The notes below the pieces were generated by a model that saw nothing but the letters and a program-made list of their open reading frames with translations, did no database searches and was not told the DNA's origin. The position numbers were made by a program, and so were the translations under genes. From positions 5,600,001 through 5,664,000 of the forward strand of contig OZ252299.1 of NCBI GenBank assembly GCA_965250285.1: 64,000 bases of DNA. The letters run 5' to 3'. The DNA is from Myxococcota bacterium. GTDB taxonomy: Bacteria > Myxococcota_A > UBA9160 > UBA4427. Position 1 is the first letter of the stretch; each line of letters starts with the position of its first letter. Shown piece by piece: positions 28,397 to 35,991 of this stretch.

Positions 28397-30148
28397 CTGG
28401 CCCGCTCGAAGCAGAAGGCGAAGCGCTCCGCGAAGCCCGCCGAGAAGCGGTCGGCGAAGGGGTCGGCACCGGCGACGAAGGCGAAGGCCGGTCGCGTCGG
28501 TCTCTTCGGCCTGTGGGGTGCCTTCGCCGTCGTCGGACTCTTCGTCTACGGCCCGGCGCTCGGCGGCGACTTCATCTCGGACGACGACCACTACGTCAAG
28601 AACAACCCGTACGTGCACGACTTCATGGTGCCGGCGAACTTCGTCGCGATCTGGGATCCGACGAGCGTGGTCACGATCCTCGTCGAGAACTACGCGCCGG
28701 TGCACCTCGTGCTTCACGGCGTCGAGTGGCAGCTCTTCGGCGAACGCGTGGCGGGCTATCACGTCGTCAACGTCCTCATGCACGCGCTGGCCACGACCCT
28801 GCTCTTCGTGCTCTTTGCCCGCAGCGGCATTCCACGAATGCCGGCGCTCATCGGTGCAGCGATCTTCCTCGTGCACCCTGGCAACGTCGAGAGCGTGGCC
28901 TGGATCTCGCAGCTCAAGAGCTCGTCGTCGCTCGTCCTGACGTTGGCCGCCGTGCTGGCCCATCCGCGGCGCCCGTTGCTCGCGATCGTGTGCTTCGCCT
29001 TCGCCCTGCTTGCCAAGCCCTTCGCCGCGGTCGCGTTCTTCGCGGTGCTGCTCTTCGGGTGGGTCCGGAGCGCGCCGCGCGGAGAGCAGCCGGCCGACGG
29101 CGTCGGCGTCGATTGGCGATGGCGATGGCTCGGCGGCTGGGTGGCCGCGCTCGTCGGCTTCGCGATCGTCGAGGCGCTCGCGTTCTCGAGCACGGCGGGC
29201 CAGGCGCCGACGCTCTATGCCGAGCCGCTGACGCGCATCTGCATGATGATCACGGCGGGCGGTCGCTACCTCTTCATGGCGCTCACCGGCATGGGGCTCT
29301 CGGTCTTTCACGAGCCCGCGCCGATCTCGAATCTGTTGCATCCGCAGGTGCTCGCTTCGCTCGTCGTGCTGATTGCGGTGGCGTGGCGGCTCGTCGTCGT
29401 GGTGCGCCGTCGCAGCGAGGAGGCGGTGTACTGGATCTGGGCGCTCATCTCGTTCGGGCCGCTCTCGGGCGTCGTGCCGCTGCCCTATCCCATCGCCGAC
29501 CGGTACCTCTACTTCATCCTGCCCGGCCTGATCGGCGCCGTGCTGCTGGCACTGCCCGAGCTCGGTCGTTGGCTCGAAGCTCGGCTCGGTGAGCGCATCG
29601 ACGCATCGACGCTCTCGCGCGGTGCCGTGGGGCTGGGCGTCGCGGCGTTGCTGGTCTTCGGTGCGCAGGCCCATGCGCGCGCCGACATCTGGCGCAGCGC
29701 CGAGGCGATGATGGCCGACTCGGAGCGCAACTATCCCGATGGCGCCGCCGCGAACACGCGCAAGGCCGGGCGCGCTGCCCGGTCGGGTGACTTCGCCGCC
29801 GCGGTCGGCCACCTCGAAGCAGCCCATGCGCGCGGCTACAACCGGCTCGATCACCTGCTGATCGATTCGTCGTACCGCCCGATGCAGGCCTATCCGCCCT
29901 TCGTTGCGCTGAAGGAGACGATGGCGCAGGAGTGGATCGAGCGACTGGGTGCCGACGGCGCATCGTCGCAGGTCGAGGCGCGGGCGCTTGCGCAGGCCTA
30001 CATCGTGCTCGACGACATCGAGCAGGCGCTGCAACTGGTCGAGTCGGCCGCGGTCCTGCCCGGTCCGATCACGACCGAGCTGCAGCGCGATGCCGACATG
30101 CTGCGCGCCGAGCTCGCGCGCCGCGAACGCCTGCGCGCGCTCCAGTAG
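28397..30148 (+). CDS. TMTC-like (protein O-mannosyltransferase-type) GT-C protein with a C-terminal helical/TPR-like tail; probable CTG start
   Basis: Motifs GDFISDDDHYV, YAPV, YHVVNVLMHA, HPGNVESVAWIS, LAKP and ADRYLY. The frame is open upstream of the ORF-track start 28613; CTG 28397 follows GAGG. Confidence 0.8.
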   Translation: MARSKQKAKRSAKPAEKRSAKGSAPATKAKAGRVGLFGLWGAFAVVGLFVYGPALGGDFISDDDHYVKNNPYVHDFMVPANFVAIWDPTSVVTILVENYAPVHLVLHGVEWQLFGERVAGYHVVNVLMHALATTLLFVLFARSGIPRMPALIGAAIFLVHPGNVESVAWISQLKSSSSLVLTLAAVLAHPRRPLLAIVCFAFALLAKPFAAVAFFAVLLFGWVRSAPRGEQPADGVGVDWRWRWLGGWVAALVGFAIVEALAFSSTAGQAPTLYAEPLTRICMMITAGGRYLFMALTGMGLSVFHEPAPISNLLHPQVLASLVVLIAVAWRLVVVVRRRSEEAVYWIWALISFGPLSGVVPLPYPIADRYLYFILPGLIGAVLLALPELGRWLEARLGERIDASTLSRGAVGLGVAALLVFGAQAHARADIWRSAEAMMADSERNYPDGAAANTRKAGRAARSGDFAAAVGHLEAAHARGYNRLDHLLIDSSYRPMQAYPPFVALKETMAQEWIERLGADGASSQVEARALAQAYIVLDDIEQALQLVESAAVLPGPITTELQRDADMLRAELARRERLRALQ

Positions 30149-30150
30149 TC

Positions 30151-30200
30151 GACGCCGCACCACGCCGCACCACGCCGCACCACGCCGCACCACGCCGCGC
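30151..30200. repeat. 10-bp tandem repeat (CACGCCGCAC) x about 5 between convergent genes
   Basis: gacgccgcac cacgccgcac cacgccgcac cacgccgcac cacgccgcgc. Confidence 0.9.
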
Positions 30201-30249
30201 ACCCCCACGCACGCGCTCGGCGCGGTGGCGTGCGTGAACGGCGCCGGCG

Positions 30250-33200
30250 TCAGCGAGCGCCCGGCGGGCGCGCACCGAGGCGCCGGCGCAAGGCGGCCCG
30301 CTCCCCCGGCGCATACTGGCTCGGATCGACGCGTGTCTCGACGGCGAGGGCCACCCGGGCGAGCGCCACGTCGCGGTTCTTCCCTCGGTTGGCCCCTGCG
30401 AAGTCGGCCAGGGTCGCGATGGTCGCCGCATGCTGGCCCGCGCCGAGGTTGGCGCGTGCGCGCAGCAGCAGATCCTCACGCAGCCGCGGGCTGCCGGGGA
30501 TCACGCGGTCGATCAACGCGACCGCGTCGGCTGCATGGGCAGGGTCGCCCCGCTCGATTCGCCACCTGGCTTGGAGCCGGCGGGCCGCGTCGGTCGCCGG
30601 ATGTGGATGGTCGATCGCGGCGAGGTCTTCGTCGAGCGCCGCGATCTGCGCCCACTCACCGGCGCGCGCCAGCGCCCACGCATCGACGACCACCTGCGAA
30701 GGCGCGTCGAGCCCCTCGGCGATCGTCTCGAACTCGTCGCTCGGCGTACGCCGCCACGGTCGCTGCGCCTCGAGCATGGCGAAGCGATGGCCGACCGCAT
30801 CGGGGTTCGCCTCGAAGGCGCGCGCGAGCTCGCGGCGCACCGCGCCGCGGTCGAGCTGGCGCGCCGCGATCGCGCCGAGCGCGAGGGCCCGGTCGGCGGG
30901 GTCTTCGATCTGCTGCGCGCACGCCTTCGCGCGCGCGAAGTGATCGATGCGAAGCAGCGCGCGCACGAGCTGCGACGTCGGCGTGCGGGCCGGGTGGGTG
31001 GCGTCGCAGGCCGCGGTGGGGGCGCCGAGCGTGTCGAGGGAGAGCACCCGGCGCTTCTCTCGCACGAGCGCCGGGGATCGCATCTGCAGCAGGTTGCGTT
31101 CGTCCGTGCTCACCTCGCCGCGCTCGGCCAGCCGCCGCGCGCCCTTGGGATCGAAGGCGACGTGCGCAGCGATGTCGACCGCGTCCCGGATCCCGATCGC
31201 CGCATACGTCTCGGGCGCGCGATCGATGGCCGTGGGCCCGCTCGATTCGAGGTCGAGGGGCGCGTTCGAAGCGAAGAACACGACACCGGCGGGCTGCGGT
31301 TGGTGAACGGTGACGTAGGGAAAGACATCCTGAAGCGTCGCCACGAGCACCTCGAGCAGCGCCGGGTCGATGTAGGCGAGGCCCATCCACTGTACGAAGA
31401 CGCCTTCGGGCTTCAGGTGCGATGCGACGAGCTCGAAGAACTCGCGGGTGTAGAGATGGGACGCCCCCGCGGTCCACGGATGAGAGGGCTGGGAGACGAT
31501 CGCGTCGAAGCGGCGATCGGTGAGCGTGAGGGCCCCTCGCGCATCGTTCACGACGACGTGGATGCGCGGATCGGACAGCGGGTCGAAGCCGCGATGCGGC
31601 GCCATGTACGCGTTGGCGGCGACGACCTCGTCCTCGAGCTCGATGACCTGCACGTCCTCGACGAAGCCGGGCACCCATTCGAGGAGCACGCCGCCTCCGA
31701 GGCCGATCACGAGCATGTCGCGCATCTCGGGGCGAGCGAGCGCGGCCCCCGCGCCGAGCCAGTGGCTGACGCGATAGACGTCGCTGCGCCCGCCCGGCGG
31801 CTGGATCACCGCTTCGGGCAGACCGTTGGTCGCGAGGTGATGGGCGCCCATTCGCCGCAGCACCGTCACCGTCGCGCTGCGTCCGACCGCGTCGAAGGCG
31901 AGCGCACCCGTCGAGGTCTGCAGGCCGAGCGGCGCGGTGCGCAGCAGCGTCCAGGGCGTCGGGGGCGGAACGAGCAGCACCCCCAGCGCGACCACGGCGG
32001 CGGCCGCCATGCGCCCGATCGGCTGCCTGCCTGGTGCGGGCGCGCGCCATGCGACGAAGGCGGCGAGAAGGGCGTTGGTCGCGATGGCGAGCGAGATGGC
32101 GCGGGCGAAGCCGAGGGCCGGAATCAAGAAGAAGCCTGCGCCGAGCGCGCCGATGATCGCGCCGACCGTGTTCCACGCGTAGACGCGGGCCGAAGCCGCC
32201 GCGGCCGTGGTCTCGTCGCGCGCGTAGAGGCGGACGGCGAGCGGAAACGTGGCGCCGAGGAGCACGGTCGAGGGCAGCAGCACGGCGATGCTCGCGATGG
32301 CGTCGGCGGCGAGCCGGCTCGCGCCGCCGTCGGCGAGGGCGCGCGTGAAGACGGGCAGGGCGTCGATCGCAAAGAACGCGCCGAGCGACAGCAGGCCGAT
32401 GCCCAGCTGGCAGACGAAGAGCGCGCGAGCCGCGCTCGTCGTCGTGCGACTGAAGCGCGTCGCCGCGGCCGAGCCGAGCGCGATGCCGGTCAGGAAGCTC
32501 GCGAGCATCGTGGCGAATGCGTACACGCTGCCGCCGAGCACCTGGCCGAGCAGCCTCGTCCAGAGCACCTCGTAGCTGAACGAGACCGCGCCGCTCGCGA
32601 GCATGACGGGCAGCACCCAGCCATGCGCGAAGCCGCCGCGTCGACTCGCGGCGACGTCGGGGCCTGCGTCGGTCGCTGCTTCGCCGCGCACGCCGACACT
32701 GGCCGCCGCCACGAACACGGCCGCGTTGGCGGCGACGGCCACCCACACGGTGCCCGACAAGCCGAGCGCCGGCAGCAGCCAGAACCCGGCGAGAAGGGTG
32801 CCGATCACGGCGCCGGCCGTGTTCAGTGCGTAGAGGATCGCGATGCGAGGCCCGACGTCGCGTTGCCGATGGATCGCCTCGCGTGCGAGCAGCGGGAGCG
32901 TGGCGCCCATGAGACCGGTCGGCACGATCAGCACCGCGAACGCCGTGACCAGGTAGAAGATCGCGTGCACCGGGTGGCCGGCGGCGGGCGGCGCCCCCGA
33001 CGTCGCGAAGAGCCAGGCGTGGAGCGCGTCGGCGCCGCGCAGCGCGAAGGGCACGCAGAGCGCCGAGACGGCGATGGCGCCTTCGAGGACGCCGTAGACG
33101 AGCACCGGTCGCCGCACTCGGCCGACGAGGCGCGCCGCAACGGCGGCGCCGACGGCGAGCCCGGCCATGTAGGCGGCGAGGACGGTCGCCACGGCGAGCT

Positions 33201-33444
33201 CGCTCGTGCCGAAGACGAAGGCGAACGTGCGCGTCCACGCGGTCTGATAGATCAACGCGGCGAGGCCAGAGAGGAAGAAGCACAGCAGCAGCAGCGCGAA
33301 CGACGACCGCGAGGGCTCGGCGCCGTTCGGTACGCCGCCTGTCGCCGTCGAACCGCCGTCGTTCGATGCGCCGAGCGCGCTGGCGTTCGATTCGCCGCTC
33401 GAAGCCGAGTGTTCGACGGGTTCGGGCTCGCTCGCCTCGGTCAT
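30250..33444 (-). CDS. Fused MFS-like membrane domain / spermidine-synthase-like SAM-binding domain with a helical C-terminal tail
   Basis: Duplicated TM modules (SGLAALIYQTAW / SGAVSFSYEVLW; LYALNTAGA / VYAWNTVGA) and motifs LVIGLGGG, NDARG, SQPSHPW and LYTREFF. Confidence 0.9.
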   Translation of the reverse strand: MTEASEPEPVEHSASSGESNASALGASNDGGSTATGGVPNGAEPSRSSFALLLLCFFLSGLAALIYQTAWTRTFAFVFGTSELAVATVLAAYMAGLAVGAAVAARLVGRVRRPVLVYGVLEGAIAVSALCVPFALRGADALHAWLFATSGAPPAAGHPVHAIFYLVTAFAVLIVPTGLMGATLPLLAREAIHRQRDVGPRIAILYALNTAGAVIGTLLAGFWLLPALGLSGTVWVAVAANAAVFVAAASVGVRGEAATDAGPDVAASRRGGFAHGWVLPVMLASGAVSFSYEVLWTRLLGQVLGGSVYAFATMLASFLTGIALGSAAATRFSRTTTSAARALFVCQLGIGLLSLGAFFAIDALPVFTRALADGGASRLAADAIASIAVLLPSTVLLGATFPLAVRLYARDETTAAAASARVYAWNTVGAIIGALGAGFFLIPALGFARAISLAIATNALLAAFVAWRAPAPGRQPIGRMAAAAVVALGVLLVPPPTPWTLLRTAPLGLQTSTGALAFDAVGRSATVTVLRRMGAHHLATNGLPEAVIQPPGGRSDVYRVSHWLGAGAALARPEMRDMLVIGLGGGVLLEWVPGFVEDVQVIELEDEVVAANAYMAPHRGFDPLSDPRIHVVVNDARGALTLTDRRFDAIVSQPSHPWTAGASHLYTREFFELVASHLKPEGVFVQWMGLAYIDPALLEVLVATLQDVFPYVTVHQPQPAGVVFFASNAPLDLESSGPTAIDRAPETYAAIGIRDAVDIAAHVAFDPKGARRLAERGEVSTDERNLLQMRSPALVREKRRVLSLDTLGAPTAACDATHPARTPTSQLVRALLRIDHFARAKACAQQIEDPADRALALGAIAARQLDRGAVRRELARAFEANPDAVGHRFAMLEAQRPWRRTPSDEFETIAEGLDAPSQVVVDAWALARAGEWAQIAALDEDLAAIDHPHPATDAARRLQARWRIERGDPAHAADAVALIDRVIPGSPRLREDLLLRARANLGAGQHAATIATLADFAGANRGKNRDVALARVALAVETRVDPSQYAPGERAALRRRLGARPPGAR

Positions 33445-33460
33445 GATGGCCGGACCGTTC

Positions 33461-35983
33461 TCAGGAGGGATCCGTCTGGGGCGCAGCACCACCTGCGCCG
33501 CCGTCGAGGGCGCCCAGCGCGGTCTGCGACGGTGCGTGCCGGGGGTCGATCTCGAGCGCGCGTGCGTAGGCGTCGCGGGCCTTCTCGGGTCGGCTCATCT
33601 GCTCGAGGGCCTGGCCGAGATGCAGCAGGTAGTCGGCGTTCGGCGGCCGTGCGTGGTCGGCCGCGAAGCTGAACTGGTACATCGCGGCGTCGAAGAGCCC
33701 CTTGGCCATGTAGACCCGGCCCAGGGCATCGGCCGCCGCGACCTGATCGCCCGGCACGGCCACGGCCTCGCGAGCCAGCTGTTCGGCGCGGTCGAGGTCG
33801 CCGCCGAGCGCGACGAGCAGCGTCGCGGTGTCGGCCTTCAGCATCGTGAACTGAGCGCCCTCGTCGAGCGCCTCTTCGAAGAGCGCCAACGCTTCGCTCG
33901 CACGGCCCTGCTGCGCGAGCATGCGGCCGAGCACGACCTTGCGGTGCACCGTCAAGGTGCCCCGGGCGCGCTGCTGTTGGAGCGTCTCGATCACCGCTTC
34001 GGGGCTCGAAGCCGCGTTCGCGAGCGTCATCAGGACGGCGAGCGCGTCATCCCCCTGGCCGCGTCGCAGTGAGAGCGCGCGCTCGGCGTCGGTGCGTGCC
34101 GCCTTGGCGTTGCCGATGACCAGCATGAGTCGGGCACGGATCTCGTAGAGCCGCGGATCGAGGCGACGCTGCGCGAGGGCATTCTTCACACGCACGAGCG
34201 CGACGTTCGGCTCGCCGAGAGCGAGATCGGTCTCGATGAGGGCCTCGAACACGCGTGTGTCTCCGGGCGTCCGTTCGTGGGCGCCGGCCAGGGCCATGCG
34301 CGCGGCGTGCAGGGTCTGCGGGTGGTCGCGCTCGCGTTCGAAGAGCTCGACGGCGGCTTCGTTCGGAGCATCCGGACGGTCGACGAGGCGGAGCAGCCGG
34401 CTCCGCCCGGCGGCCCGTCGACCGAGGTCGTACTCGATCCGCGCGCGCAGGAGCAGCTGATTCGGGGTGAGGTCGTCGCCCCGGTCGAGCTGTCGGAGCG
34501 CAGCGAATGCCGCCTCGGGCTGACCCAGGCGGCGCAGCAGCTCGGCCTTGTGCGCCCACAGCGCGGCGTCGAACTGCTTCGAGTCTTCGATCTGTCGCTC
34601 GACCGTCGCGAGGGCGTCCTCGAGCAGCCCCAACTGCTCTTGCGCGCGAGCCAGCACGCGGAGCGCCTCATTGTCGCCGGTCGAGGCCGCGATCGGCTGG
34701 ATCGTCTCGAGCGCCTCGCGCGGCGCGTTGGCCCGCAGCGCCCGGCGCGCGATCAGCAGGCGTGTCTGGATGTCGTCGGGATGCCGCGCCTGCAGCTCCT
34801 CGAGCGCACGAGCCGCATCGGCGGGGCGCCCGTTTCGCGCCTGGATCTGCACGATCTGCGCGAGGAGGATCGGCGTGTCGTCTCCAGCCTCGATGCGCCC
34901 TCGCAGATGAGCCACCGCGTCGGCGCGCCCGCGATCGACCTCGATGGCGCGCGCGACCACGACGTGCGTGCGCGAGTCGTCGCCGGCCTGATCGAGCAGG
35001 GCCTCGACGATGGGCTGCGTCGGTTGGCCCGCGTTGCGCGCCAGCTGGATGCGCGACTCCCAGCGATCGATGCGCTTCGGTTCGAGCTCGGTGAGCCGTT
35101 CGACCGCAAAGAGCATCGATGCGCGGTCGCCCCGCGAGCGGGCGAATCGCGACAGGGCTTCGAGGGCGTTCACCTCGGCCGCCGTGTCACCGCGGGCGGC
35201 TTCGACCGCGGCTCGGTACTGCGTCATGGCGTCGTCCTGGCGACCGGGCCAGCCCGCGAGCAGCTTCGCCTTCGAGATGAGGACGGTCGACAGCTCTGTC
35301 CCGCCCTTCGCGATGTAGGCGTCGTAGGCCCGGAGCGCCGCCTGGAAGTCGGCGGGGTTCAGCACCGTGCGCCCGGGCTTGAGCCGAAGGATGCGGATGC
35401 GCGTGCCGTAGACGCGGGCCCGAGTCCACTCGACGTCGGCGAGATCGGGGGCCTGGGCCTCGGCCTCTTGGACGCGGCGCACGGCGGCCCCGTGATCGTC
35501 GTTCAGGGCGTCGGCTTCGGCGCCGACGAGCAGCGCATTGACGTGACCGGGGGCGTCGGCGAGCACCGCCGTGGCGATCTCGGCGGCCCGTTTCGGGTCG
35601 CTGAAGAGCAGCGCCCGAGCGAGGTCGACCCTGTAGTCGTGCTGGCCGGGGTCGAGCGCGACCGCTTCTTCGAGATAGAGCTGCGCCTCTTCGACGACGC
35701 CGAGCCGCAACATCGCGCGGCCGAGCAGCGCATGGGCGCGGGGGTTGCTCGGGTCGAGCTCGACGGCGTTGCGAAGCTCGATCGCGGCTTCCCGCACGTC
35801 GAGCACACCGCGCGGATCGTCGAGCAGGCGCTCGCCCTCGGCGACGTGGTCGGCGGCGCGCTCTTCGGGCCCCTTGCAAGCGACCCCGAGCATGGCGACG
35901 CACGCGAACACCGCGGCGAGCCCGAACACCGCGCCGCGCCGGGCGGGCCGGCGCGGCGATTGGTCGGTCCATCCCGAACGCAT
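33461..35983 (-). CDS. Large TPR-repeat lipoprotein (PrsT-like, PEP-CTERM associated)
   Basis: Lipobox GVAC followed by KGPEERAADH; TPR periodicity throughout; late DALGRVY repeat. Confidence 0.82.
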   Translation of the reverse strand: MRSGWTDQSPRRPARRGAVFGLAAVFACVAMLGVACKGPEERAADHVAEGERLLDDPRGVLDVREAAIELRNAVELDPSNPRAHALLGRAMLRLGVVEEAQLYLEEAVALDPGQHDYRVDLARALLFSDPKRAAEIATAVLADAPGHVNALLVGAEADALNDDHGAAVRRVQEAEAQAPDLADVEWTRARVYGTRIRILRLKPGRTVLNPADFQAALRAYDAYIAKGGTELSTVLISKAKLLAGWPGRQDDAMTQYRAAVEAARGDTAAEVNALEALSRFARSRGDRASMLFAVERLTELEPKRIDRWESRIQLARNAGQPTQPIVEALLDQAGDDSRTHVVVARAIEVDRGRADAVAHLRGRIEAGDDTPILLAQIVQIQARNGRPADAARALEELQARHPDDIQTRLLIARRALRANAPREALETIQPIAASTGDNEALRVLARAQEQLGLLEDALATVERQIEDSKQFDAALWAHKAELLRRLGQPEAAFAALRQLDRGDDLTPNQLLLRARIEYDLGRRAAGRSRLLRLVDRPDAPNEAAVELFERERDHPQTLHAARMALAGAHERTPGDTRVFEALIETDLALGEPNVALVRVKNALAQRRLDPRLYEIRARLMLVIGNAKAARTDAERALSLRRGQGDDALAVLMTLANAASSPEAVIETLQQQRARGTLTVHRKVVLGRMLAQQGRASEALALFEEALDEGAQFTMLKADTATLLVALGGDLDRAEQLAREAVAVPGDQVAAADALGRVYMAKGLFDAAMYQFSFAADHARPPNADYLLHLGQALEQMSRPEKARDAYARALEIDPRHAPSQTALGALDGGAGGAAPQTDPS

Positions 35984-35991
35984 GAAGCGCC

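Noticed and set aside
14153..33672. Very long antisense or alternate-frame ORFs (e.g. 14153-17122, 18368-21196, 30430-33672)
   Set aside because: They are Arg/Ala-rich shadow frames of well-supported genes, expected at this GC content, and carry no family motifs.
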